Shown in pieces: positions 51,651 through 60,470 of a DNA stretch of 64,000 nucleotides. The notes below the pieces were generated by a model that worked only from the letters and a program-made list of their open reading frames with translations, searched no databases and had not been told where the DNA came from. This stretch comes from an uncultured delta proteobacterium (GTDB lineage: Bacteria > Desulfobacterota > Zymogenia > Zymogenales > Zymogenaceae). The position numbers were made by a program, and so were the translations under genes. The stretch covers positions 800,001 through 864,000 of the forward strand of contig CAVTLK010000005.1 in NCBI GenBank assembly GCA_963735595.1. Direction: 5' to 3'. Each line of letters starts with the position of its first letter. The stretch's first letter is position 1.

Positions 51651-52856
51651 CTACGGCCTTTTCATGCCGAACAGGAACCGGAGCGCGCCGATCCTCCGGA
51701 CGATCCCTTCGTAGAGCGCTATGATCACCGCGAATGATACGACGACCAGCGCCAGGTACTTTACCGGCACCGACGCCGCCCAGCCGACAAGGAAGAACGC
51801 GACAATCACGATGACCGTCTGGTGGAGAATGTAAAACGGGAGAACGGCTTCGTTCGCGCGGACGAGCGCCCGGTTCGTTGAGGAACAATACCTCCTCCCG
51901 AAACCCATGATCGCCGATAGCCAGAACCAGGAGTTGAGGGTGCGCAGCGCCGCCTCGATGGGAAGCGTCGCCGCTCGCGGCAGGCCGTTGAGGATACCGG
52001 TTTCGATGAGGACGAGGCCGAGTGCGGACGCTGCAATCCCCATGATCAGCCAGGTTACGCGGCGGTACTCGAATAGTTGTCCGAACCGATCGTCCGATCC
52101 AACAATAAACCCGATTATAAAGAAGACGATATAGGTCAGGGGGCTCCAGCCCCCGAAGTCCCGGACGCCGAGCGAGCCCGGAAATGCGTTGACGAAAAGC
52201 TCCATCAGAAGCAGCGGCAGGGTGATAATGAGAAACCCCCACGGCCGTACGCACAGGGATGCGAGCTTCGAAATGAGGTCCTTTGTATTTCCGTGTTCCG
52301 CCGCGCGGAACAACGGCAGCGTCAGGAGCGAGAAGACAAACAGCATCTCGAGATACCAGAGGTGAAGCCCCATCCAGGCGAAGTTGCCGCCGAAGCCGTA
52401 CATGCCGTCGAAGTAACGGGGCAGAAATAAGAGAATGCTCCCCTCGAACCGGCCGTGGCTGACCCGCTCGACGTAGACCTGCGGCAGGGCGAGGAAGAAT
52501 ATCCCGAAGACCAGAGGGACGACCAGCCTGAAGAACCGCTCTTTGACGAACGCCGGGTTCGTCCGGTGTTTCAGGGCGAAGAAAACGCCGATGCCCGAGA
52601 GGATGAAAAAGAGCGGCATGATCCACTGGGCGGTGAAGGTAATGAAGATGGTCATCCCGTGGCTCAGCGTGAGGTTCTTGACGTGCCAGTCGTCATAGTC
52701 AAAGAACCTCGCGCAGTGGAACAGAAAGATCATCCCCATCGCGAGGACCCGGAGCCAGTCCACGTCATAGCGCCGTTCGGACGTCTTCCGGCCGGTAGGG
52801 GGCGGCGCGGCCGTTGTTTCAGGCGTAACTCTATTTGGCGTGTCGTTTGTTCCCAT
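51651..52856 (-). CDS. Acyltransferase-3 family membrane protein (OpgC/MdoC-like)
   Basis: RRYDVDWLR, MPLFFILSG, RLVVP, HLWYL, FYILHQ. Confidence 0.85.
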   Translation of the reverse strand: MGTNDTPNRVTPETTAAPPPTGRKTSERRYDVDWLRVLAMGMIFLFHCARFFDYDDWHVKNLTLSHGMTIFITFTAQWIMPLFFILSGIGVFFALKHRTNPAFVKERFFRLVVPLVFGIFFLALPQVYVERVSHGRFEGSILLFLPRYFDGMYGFGGNFAWMGLHLWYLEMLFVFSLLTLPLFRAAEHGNTKDLISKLASLCVRPWGFLIITLPLLLMELFVNAFPGSLGVRDFGGWSPLTYIVFFIIGFIVGSDDRFGQLFEYRRVTWLIMGIAASALGLVLIETGILNGLPRAATLPIEAALRTLNSWFWLSAIMGFGRRYCSSTNRALVRANEAVLPFYILHQTVIVIVAFFLVGWAASVPVKYLALVVVSFAVIIALYEGIVRRIGALRFLFGMKRP

Positions 52857-53031
52857 GAGGACCACTCAATCGTATACTATCGGTATCACGATACCAGCAG
52901 GGCAGCACGGAGACAAGTAAAAAAGGAGTGATGATAGGCAGTTCTCATCCCGACCGGCGGAGAAGGGACGTCTTCATGGCCGCAGCCTAAGCGGCGTATA
53001 TGGATACGGGAAATGGCGCCCGGAACGGCCC

Positions 53032-53622
53032 TTATCCCCTGACGCGGTATCTCATGATCGGGCGCGTCGGCGACCGGCGGGCGACCTCGATGAACCCCGC
53101 CGACTCAAACAGCGAGACGGTGCCGACGTAGAGGTCCGCGGCGGAGAAACGTTTGACGGCCGTGTCTCTCGGGTATCCCTCGACGACGGCTGCCCCGTTT
53201 TGGACGGCGTACTGTATGGCGGCCGAAAGCAGCGCCCTCATCACGCCGCGTCCCCGGGCGAGCCGGCCGACAGCGAAGCAGGCCACCGACCAGGCCGGCT
53301 CGTCGTCGATCGGTCCGATGACGGGCGAGCGGCAAATCCGCGGGAAGTCCTCCCGCGGGGCAACCGAGCACCACCCGACGGGGACGACCCCGTCGTAGGC
53401 GATGATCCCGGGGACGACGCCGGAGCGGACGATCTCCTGCATGGCGCGCCGGTTGGCCTCGCCCCTGTTCTGCATGAATCGGGCGTGCGTCTGCCGCCAC
53501 CACATGCACCAGCACTCGTCACAGGTACGGTCTTCGCGGAAGAGCGCCTCTAAATCCCCCCACCGCTCGGGGGTCAGGGGCGCGAAGCGAGGATTGACAA
53601 GGGGCCCGGGACGCGCCTTCAT
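53032..53622 (-). CDS. GNAT N-acetyltransferase
   Basis: CWC, VGWCSVAPR, RGRGV, VEGYP. Confidence 0.85.
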   Translation of the reverse strand: MKARPGPLVNPRFAPLTPERWGDLEALFREDRTCDECWCMWWRQTHARFMQNRGEANRRAMQEIVRSGVVPGIIAYDGVVPVGWCSVAPREDFPRICRSPVIGPIDDEPAWSVACFAVGRLARGRGVMRALLSAAIQYAVQNGAAVVEGYPRDTAVKRFSAADLYVGTVSLFESAGFIEVARRSPTRPIMRYRVRG

Positions 53623-53646
53623 GTTGCACTTCCTTGGCTCATAACT

Positions 53647-53952
53647 TCACGATCCGTCTTGGCCGGGCCGTCCCGATACGCGATCGTCCTTCCAGTTCCA
53701 CCACTTGAGGAGCTCGGGGTCGCGCCGTTCGGTCGACGCGTAATAGACGGCGCAGCGAAATACGTAGAGCATGCACCGGTCAATCCGTATGCCGGCCTGC
53801 GCGCACAGGGCGCCGTAGAGCTCTTCCGGGTCGCGGTCTTTCAGATCGGCGACCGACCGGATGCCCAGCCCGATGAGGTCGGCCGCGATTTTCTTCCCGA
53901 CCCCGGGGATGGCCAGCAGGTCACCGTAGTCATCTTGCACGGATCGGTTCAT
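53647..53952 (-). CDS. Helix-hairpin-helix 'pathogenicity locus' (Cdd1 / mitomycin-resistance-like) protein
   Basis: IPGVGK, DPEELY, DRCMLYVFRCA, WWNW. Confidence 0.82.
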   Translation of the reverse strand: MNRSVQDDYGDLLAIPGVGKKIAADLIGLGIRSVADLKDRDPEELYGALCAQAGIRIDRCMLYVFRCAVYYASTERRDPELLKWWNWKDDRVSGRPGQDGS

Positions 53953-54011
53953 TGATTCACCTTTTTTGCATCGACGATTCGATCTGTCGGGAGGTAAAAC
54001 CCTCCACCGTG

Positions 54012-55118
54012 CTATTGGCGTGGTGGAGACAGGCCGGCGTCGCCTTCCGTCTCCTTCATGATCCTGATTACCTCGGCGTTGAACGCGGCCGATTCCTCGA
54101 AGAGGGGAAAATGGGCCGACCGCTCAAACCAGACGACCTCCTTCTTCGGAGCGCGGAGCCGCCGTATGTATTCGTCGAAGCTCGCGTTGGCGGAGATCGC
54201 GTCGTAGCGCCCCATTATAAAATATGCCGGCACCGCAAGCTCCGGGGCCTGGGTAGTCAGGTCGATGTCCACGACGTCGCGGCCAAGGGTCCGGGCGGTG
54301 AGCATGCGGCCCCTGATGTATGCGGGGATGTCAAAGACCGTGTACTCGGTGGCGTCGAAATAGTAGCGCTCATAATCTTTATAGCTTTTCTTGCCGTAGA
54401 GCGCCAGGCCGAAATAGAGGGCCCACTTCCGCTTTATCATGAAGCCGTCGTAATTGTCGCCCTTAACCAGCACGTAGGCGGGTGGGTCCCCCAGCCCTGT
54501 CAGCTCCCTGACGGCTTCCTCGTTATTCTCTTCCCTGGCCCGGGTGAGGGTCAGCCGAAACGAGGTAACCTCTCCGGCCACGATGTTGACGACCTGTCCC
54601 ACCCCGATGACGGCGTGGAGGACCTCCGGGTATTTCCCGGCGGTCAGCACGGCCAGCGCGCTCCCCCACGAGTGGCCCATGAGGTACACCTTGTCTTTTC
54701 CGAACCGGGCCCTGAGATAGTCGATGACCCCCTTTGTGTAATCGACGAATTTATTGACCGTGAGGTCGGACTCCCGTATGTCGGACGAATACGATTTACA
54801 GGTCCCCGGCTGCTCCCAGTAGACCAGGACGAATTCGTCCTCCAGCGGTTCGTTGAAGTGGCGCAGCAGCGGCAGTTCCGGCGAGCCCGGCCCGCCGTGG
54901 AGGAACAGGAGGATGGGGTTATGGACGTTCCTGCCCCGGATAACCAGCCAGTTTTTTATACCCTGTATATCAACGGTGGTAATCTCGGCGATACTATCCG
55001 GTACGACCAACCCGGTGGTCTTGTCCTTTATTGGCAGCGTCACGGCGCAGGAGGCCAGCAGGAGGGCGGCAATCGCCAGGCACATAGCGCGGGTGTAGTA
55101 GTAATGAGACGTTTTCAT
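54012..55118 (-). CDS. Alpha/beta hydrolase lipoprotein (proline iminopeptidase-like)
   Basis: LASC lipobox, HGGPG, GHSWG, GRYD, SAHFP. Confidence 0.88.
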   Translation of the reverse strand: MKTSHYYYTRAMCLAIAALLLASCAVTLPIKDKTTGLVVPDSIAEITTVDIQGIKNWLVIRGRNVHNPILLFLHGGPGSPELPLLRHFNEPLEDEFVLVYWEQPGTCKSYSSDIRESDLTVNKFVDYTKGVIDYLRARFGKDKVYLMGHSWGSALAVLTAGKYPEVLHAVIGVGQVVNIVAGEVTSFRLTLTRAREENNEEAVRELTGLGDPPAYVLVKGDNYDGFMIKRKWALYFGLALYGKKSYKDYERYYFDATEYTVFDIPAYIRGRMLTARTLGRDVVDIDLTTQAPELAVPAYFIMGRYDAISANASFDEYIRRLRAPKKEVVWFERSAHFPLFEESAAFNAEVIRIMKETEGDAGLSPPRQ

Positions 55119-55287
55119 GGTCTGACGTGCCCCATGTCGAGGGATTGTCTGATGAAGCGTAAAAACGCCGCTTTGTGACCGAATAGTGTTTCCCGACGGG
55201 TATCGTAACAGACCGGCAACCCGTTTTCAATAGTAAAGATTGCGCATTGCCCGTGGGGAGGGCCGAGACGTCGGCGAAAGAGCCGGT

Positions 55288-55950
55288 TTACCGATCCGCT
55301 AACTCGGCGTAGGCCCTGACGGGAAACGACGCCCCCTTCTTTATCCTGAGCGGTACCGCCCAAAACAGGAACCCGTTTGCGGGTAGAGCGGAAAGGTTGG
55401 CCAGGTTTTCGACGATAAGGATGCCGGCCTTCAACAGCCGGGTGTGGACGGGACGCTCGGGGTCGGCCGTGTTGTCCACGTTGAGGAAGTCAACGCCGAC
55501 GAGCACGGCCCCGGCCTCAACCAGAAGCTCAGCGAAGCCCGTGGCCAGGTAGGGGGAGTCCTTTGCGTAGGCGTCCGTCCCCCAGAGCCGATCCCACCCC
55601 GTCCTCACCAGCACCGCCCGTCCGGCAATGTCCGAAGGCGGTAGAGACAAGGAAACCGCGCGGCCCGTCTTTGGGCCTGTCTCCAGCACGATGCCGTCGA
55701 GGCCCGCCACGCGGTCCAGTCCGACGGCCGCGAGATCCTCGCCGTCGCGGAACCGGTGGAATGGGGAGTCGATATAGGTGCCGACGTTGGTGACGGTCTG
55801 GATACGTCCGAGGTAGAACTCGGCCTTGCCGTCGTAGCGCGATCGGGACTGTTCGTGGTCGAGGTGCGCCCCGATGGAGGGCTGGGGAAGGCCGGGATAG
55901 GCGCCCGTGCCGTCCTCAAGGATATGTGAAAGCTCGACAAATCGTTTCAT
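55288..55950 (-). CDS. Cyclase / kynurenine formamidase family protein
   Basis: GTYIDSPFH, VRTGW, VGVD, PVH, IVENL. Confidence 0.85.
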   Translation of the reverse strand: MKRFVELSHILEDGTGAYPGLPQPSIGAHLDHEQSRSRYDGKAEFYLGRIQTVTNVGTYIDSPFHRFRDGEDLAAVGLDRVAGLDGIVLETGPKTGRAVSLSLPPSDIAGRAVLVRTGWDRLWGTDAYAKDSPYLATGFAELLVEAGAVLVGVDFLNVDNTADPERPVHTRLLKAGILIVENLANLSALPANGFLFWAVPLRIKKGASFPVRAYAELADR

Positions 55951-56078
55951 GGCAGGGCCTCTTCGTGAGGGCGGGATGGTAGCAGCATGCGACCCGGATC
56001 TACCGGCAGCCCCCGATGAACGGCGACCCGGTATCCCCAACGATAGCTCGTGACGGGGGCGGCCGCCGGCCCTGTCGT

Positions 56079-56528
56079 TTATCCCGTAATGATAATGGGT
56101 GAAACGATCTCGACCAGCTGAATCTCGAACGTGAGGTCCTCGCCGGCCAAGGGATGGTTCGCGTCCAGCGTCACGTTATCGCCGGCAATCTCGGTGACCG
56201 TAACGATAATCGACTGCTCATCCTCAAGCACGACGGACAGCTGCTGGTCGACTTCGATCTCCATCTCCTCGGGGAATTCGCTCCGGTTCACGACCACCAC
56301 CATCTCTTCGTGATACGGGCCGTAGGCATTTTCTGAGGGGATGGTGATCGTCTTTTCGTCACCCGGCTCCATCCCGATAAGGGCATCCTCCATGCCGGGG
56401 ATGACCTCGTGCTTGCCAACGGTAAACTCGAGGGGGTCGTCGTCGGCCGATGTATCGAACAAGGTTCCGTCGTCGAGTTTACCGGTATAGTGTATTTTAA
56501 CGGTATCGCCGTCTTTGACCTGCGTCAT
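56079..56528 (-). CDS. FKBP-type peptidyl-prolyl isomerase (SlyD/FkpB-like)
   Basis: HYTG...FDTS, VIPG, AYG, LDANHPLAG. Confidence 0.92.
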   Translation of the reverse strand: MTQVKDGDTVKIHYTGKLDDGTLFDTSADDDPLEFTVGKHEVIPGMEDALIGMEPGDEKTITIPSENAYGPYHEEMVVVVNRSEFPEEMEIEVDQQLSVVLEDEQSIIVTVTEIAGDNVTLDANHPLAGEDLTFEIQLVEIVSPIIITG

Positions 56529-56662
56529 GGTTGTCTCCTTATGCTGGATTACCGCCGACCGTGCGCGGTAGGCGTCTCCTTTCGATCGGGTGGGCGTGCG
56601 TAACGTGACCACCCGAAAAGATCGCCGCAAGGTCGGCGCGGCGGCCGTCCATCGGGAAAACC

Positions 56663-56699
56663 GGTCTTGAGAGGGCCGATCGAGCGCCCTCTCAAGACC
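56663..56699 (-). terminator. Hairpin after the RRM gene
   Basis: GGTCTTGAGAGGGC ... GCCCTCTCAAGACC 14-bp perfect inverted repeat. Confidence 0.7.
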
Positions 56700-56716
56700 A
56701 TAATTGGCTATGTATG

Positions 56717-56995
56717 TTAGTATCTACTCCGGAAGCCGCCCCCGGAGTCTCGGGGACCGCTCTTGGGCGGACGTGCCTCGTCGATACGCATAGTCCTTCC
56801 CGAGAATTCTGTGCCGTTGAGCTCATCCTTAGCCCGCTGGGCTTCCTCGGGGGTTCCCATCTCGACAAAGCCGAATCCCTTGCCCTCGATAATGTTTACG
56901 TGCTTTACCTCGCCGTATTCAGCGAATAGCTCCTGTAACTGCTCGTTGGTTACGGAATAGGTGAGGTTGCCGACGTACAGCTTGCTGCCCTGCAT
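56717..56995 (-). CDS. RRM RNA-binding protein
   Basis: KLYVGNL (RNP2), KGFGFVEM (RNP1), Gly/Arg-rich tail. Confidence 0.93.
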   Translation of the reverse strand: MQGSKLYVGNLTYSVTNEQLQELFAEYGEVKHVNIIEGKGFGFVEMGTPEEAQRAKDELNGTEFSGRTMRIDEARPPKSGPRDSGGGFRSRY

Positions 56996-57542
56996 GATTT
57001 CCTCCAAGAGTGTTCTTTGTTTATCTCCGGTTCAATAATGTTTGGCGTGAGGCAGCAGCCAAGAACCGTGTGACCGAACGAAGTACCCTACGTATGAGAA
57101 CATTATTAAACACAAGAGAATGCCAAACACCGCAAATAATGCTACTGCTCGATTTTCGGAACCACCTCCTTTTTAACCGTGCGAATTATGTACTCTATAA
57201 TGACAATACCGTCGACGACGTATGGAACGTACGACGGTCTTAGGATATATCGATTCTGTTTGTTCAACGGATTCATGGGAGAGGAACATATTCACGGCTT
57301 CATATCCGTGGCAGCGGGGGAAGATGGAAGATGCTGATCCGAGGAGTACGTCTTGAGCAAATCGTGAAACGTGCAATATCAGTTATTCCGGAAAAAGTAA
57401 CGATAAAGTTGGAGACATTTTTTGGGCGTGAGTGCTTGATTGAGAATCGAAGGCTGTGGGCAGGTGCGAAAAACTGTACAGAAACATTGAATCTCGCGTA
57501 TAAACGCCTAAAAAACCGTCCGGTCTCCGTAACCGCAAGCGT

Positions 57543-57570
57543 ATTATAGTATGGGATATAGGGAAGTCAA
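57543..57570 (-). promoter_or_regulatory. Sigma70 promoter facing the RRM gene
   Basis: Minus strand TTGACT-16 bp-TATAAT. Confidence 0.6.
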
Positions 57571-57659
57571 CATTTTTTTAGATTAAATTTTCGGATACGA
57601 AAGGCGCACAACGGCCGCGAATCGCTAAAGAAAGAGGCTGGAAAAGGGCTAAAAAAGAC

Positions 57660-57708
57660 TTGACATCCGATTTCAATTGGATAGAATATACCAACTGGTT
57701 GGTATATT
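57660..57708 (+). promoter_or_regulatory. Sigma70 promoter plus TetR operator
   Basis: TTGACA (57660-57665)-16 bp-TAGAAT (57682-57687); palindrome AATATACCAAC-TG-GTTGGTATATT (57685-57708). Confidence 0.8.
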
Positions 57709-57759
57709 TTTAGGATTCAACGCCATCCGCTGTTCACGATGGTTCGGGGGTGGTAACCC

Positions 57760-58353
57760 ATGCCGATGACAAAGGGAGACAGGACAAAGGAGCGCATCGT
57801 CCGGGCGGCCACGCGGCTCATCCATACGCGCGGGTATAAGAACACGTCGCTGGACGACATCTTTAGCGAGTCCGGGATCAACAAGGGGAGTTTCTACTTC
57901 CACTTCTCGGGCAAAGACGAGCTGGTGGACGCGGTTATCGACCACTTCTTCGGCGGCATCGAACACCGCCTGGTCCCGTTGTTCAACGGGCCGGGGACGA
58001 GCCTGGAGAAACTGTCCGCGTACTTCGAAGGCCTGGCCTGGCTCATGGAACGGTCCGGATGTACGGGGGGCTGCCTCCTGGGTAACCTGACGCTCGAAGT
58101 CTCCGACTGGCACGAGGGGCTGAGGGGTCACCTCTCGTCCTGCTTTGACCGCCTTAAAGGTCACCTGGTCAACGTAATCGCCGAGGGTCAGCGCTCGGGC
58201 GACATCCGTGCCGACCGCTCCGCCGATGAACTTGCGACGTTTGTGGTTGCGCTTATTGAGGGGGCGCTGATGCTTTCGCGGGTCAAAAAAGACATTAGTC
58301 CGCTGCGGGCGCTCTCCCGCGACGCCCTGGCGTTTTTAAGGGCCGTTAACTGA
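57760..58353 (+). CDS. TetR/AcrR family regulator (NemR-like)
   Basis: HTH GINKGSFYFHF; GCLLGNL. Confidence 0.92.
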   Translation: MPMTKGDRTKERIVRAATRLIHTRGYKNTSLDDIFSESGINKGSFYFHFSGKDELVDAVIDHFFGGIEHRLVPLFNGPGTSLEKLSAYFEGLAWLMERSGCTGGCLLGNLTLEVSDWHEGLRGHLSSCFDRLKGHLVNVIAEGQRSGDIRADRSADELATFVVALIEGALMLSRVKKDISPLRALSRDALAFLRAVN

Positions 58354-58413
58354 TCACCGCGCCGTAACGCGGCGCGTGTAACCAAATACTTAACCCACCG
58401 AAGGAGAAACCGT

Positions 58414-59460
58414 ATGTCGCGCGATGTGTATGTCAAACTCTCCCAGTACCTCGATATGGCGCCGATCGGCGCGCCGCTGACCGATGACCTGATTGCCATC
58501 CTCGAGATCCTCTACACCCCCGAAGAGGCGGAGCTTGCCTCAAAGCTCCCGTTCTTCAACGCCGATTTCCCCACTCTCGTCCAGAGCACGGGGATGGAAG
58601 AGGAAAAACTCAAGGAAATGCTGGTGCGCATGGCAAAGAAGGGAACGGTCTTCATGAACGAAAAGGGCAAGTTCCGGCTCCTGCCCACGATGGTCGGATT
58701 TTCGGAGACCCCGTTCTGGCCGGGGAAACGCACCGAGACCACTGAAACCCTGGCCCGCCACTGGAACCGGTATCTCGAGGGCGCATTTGGCCAAGAGATA
58801 GGCGACCGGAAGCTCCCGATGGTGCGGGTCGTGCCGGTGGACGAATCCATCGTCTCCGGGGCCACCGTCACCCCCAACGAGAAGATAGACGATCTCATGG
58901 ACGGGCTCAATTACTTTGCCGTCGCCTTTTGCCCCTGCCGCCAGATGGCCGAGTATTCCGGGCAGGAGCACTGCGACCATTCCCGGGAGAACTGCTTTCA
59001 TTTCGGCTCGATGGCAAAGTACATGGTTACGATGGGTATGGCCCGGGAGATCACCAGGGACGAAGCGAAGTCGATGCTTCGCGACGCCCATGAAGAGGGG
59101 CTGGTGCACATGGCCGACAATTACGGCCCCGGTGTGTCCACGATCTGCTCCTGCTGCGGTGACTGCTGCGTGTTCATGCGGACCCGTAAGAATATCGGGC
59201 TGAAGAACGCGTTTGCCGATTCAAACTACCTGATGCAGGTGGATGCCGATCTCTGTACCGGCTGCGGCACGTGCGAGGAGCGCTGCCCGGTTGGGGCCGT
59301 CACCGTGGACGACGTATCGGTCGTCGATACGGAAAAGTGTATCGGATGCGGGGTCTGTTACCCGACCTGCCCCTCGGGGGCGATCTCCCTGGTGGAACGC
59401 CCCGTACGAAAGGAGATACTGGGCGTACAGGAGTTCGTGGATATATTGATGAAAGAATAG
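58414..59460 (+). CDS. 4Fe-4S dicluster protein with N-terminal extension
   Basis: CPCR, GLVH, CSCCGDCC, CTGCGTCEERCP, CIGCGVCYPTCP. Confidence 0.85.
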   Translation: MSRDVYVKLSQYLDMAPIGAPLTDDLIAILEILYTPEEAELASKLPFFNADFPTLVQSTGMEEEKLKEMLVRMAKKGTVFMNEKGKFRLLPTMVGFSETPFWPGKRTETTETLARHWNRYLEGAFGQEIGDRKLPMVRVVPVDESIVSGATVTPNEKIDDLMDGLNYFAVAFCPCRQMAEYSGQEHCDHSRENCFHFGSMAKYMVTMGMAREITRDEAKSMLRDAHEEGLVHMADNYGPGVSTICSCCGDCCVFMRTRKNIGLKNAFADSNYLMQVDADLCTGCGTCEERCPVGAVTVDDVSVVDTEKCIGCGVCYPTCPSGAISLVERPVRKEILGVQEFVDILMKE

Positions 59461-59483
59461 ACAGCTATCGGGAGAATTAAAGT

Positions 59484-60260
59484 ATGTCGAAGATAACCTA
59501 CGAGCGTGACGGTGCGCTGGCGGTCGTTACGTTGAATGACCCGCCGCTCAATCTGGTGGGACAGGAAATGGGCACTGATTTCAAGGCGATTCTTGACCGT
59601 GTCGAAAAAGATGCCCCCCGGGGCATGATCCTGAAAAACGACGAGGGAAACTTCGGAGCGGGGGCCGACGTGAAGATGTTCGTGGGCCTTTCGCCCGCGG
59701 ACGCGAAAAAGCTCTTCTCGGATTTTCTTGAGGTCATCCACCGCATCGAATCGCTCCCGTTCCCCACGATGGCCGCGGTGCGGGGACTGTGCCTGACGGC
59801 AAGCCTCGAACTGGCGCTGTCCTTCGATTTTATATGGGCTTCCGACAATGCAACGTTCGGCCAGGCCGAGGCCACCATCGGGGTCTTTCCGTTCGCCGGC
59901 GGCTCCCAACGGATTGCCGCACGGGCCGGCACCGCGCGGGCAAAGGAGATCGTCCTCGGGGCGCGCCTCTACCCCGCCGCGACCTTCGAGCGATGGAACA
60001 TCATCAACCGGGTGCTGCCAGACGCCGAGCTGGCCGGGAAGGCGACGGCCTATATGCAGAACCTTGCCGACAACGGCCCGACGGTGGCCATTAAATCCGC
60101 CAAGAAGATAATCAATGCCTACAGCGCGTCCGGCACCGCCGAGGCCGATCGGCTGATGATCGAGCTCGCCGGGCCGATATTCGATACCGAGGACGTAAAG
60201 ACCGGCGTTGATTCATTGTTGAAAAACGGGCCGGGAAAGGCGAAGTTCGCGGGGAAATAG
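59484..60260 (+). CDS. Enoyl-CoA hydratase/isomerase (crotonase) family protein
   Basis: FGAGAD, LELALSFD, FGQAE, GGSQR. Confidence 0.9.
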   Translation: MSKITYERDGALAVVTLNDPPLNLVGQEMGTDFKAILDRVEKDAPRGMILKNDEGNFGAGADVKMFVGLSPADAKKLFSDFLEVIHRIESLPFPTMAAVRGLCLTASLELALSFDFIWASDNATFGQAEATIGVFPFAGGSQRIAARAGTARAKEIVLGARLYPAATFERWNIINRVLPDAELAGKATAYMQNLADNGPTVAIKSAKKIINAYSASGTAEADRLMIELAGPIFDTEDVKTGVDSLLKNGPGKAKFAGK

Positions 60261-60293
60261 GGCGTTACCCTGCCCGAATCTATACTATTTTAC

Positions 60294-60417
60294 CGTCATT
60301 GTGAGCGAAGCGAGGCAATCCCCTGATTACGTCTCGGGTACGGCGGTTAGACGAACGTCATTCCTCCGTCGTCAGGGGATTGCCGCGTTGGCCCCGACGG
60401 GGCCTCCTCGCAATGAC
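60294..60417. repeat. CGTC-tagged / RPE-like palindromic element
   Basis: CGTCATTGTGAGCGAAGCGAGGCAATCCCCTGA ... TCAGGGGATTGCC ... CTCGCAATGAC; same architecture as 14545-14666. Confidence 0.8.
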
Positions 60418-60470
60418 AATGAAGTCGTGTTGAATGGAAGAGGGCGGCTCGTGAGCCGCCCGAATCATCA

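Noticed and set aside
27749..56995. Classical integron cassette array
   Set aside because: No intI and no RYYYAAC...GTTRRRY attC hairpins found in the spacers I inspected; several genes have their own promoters
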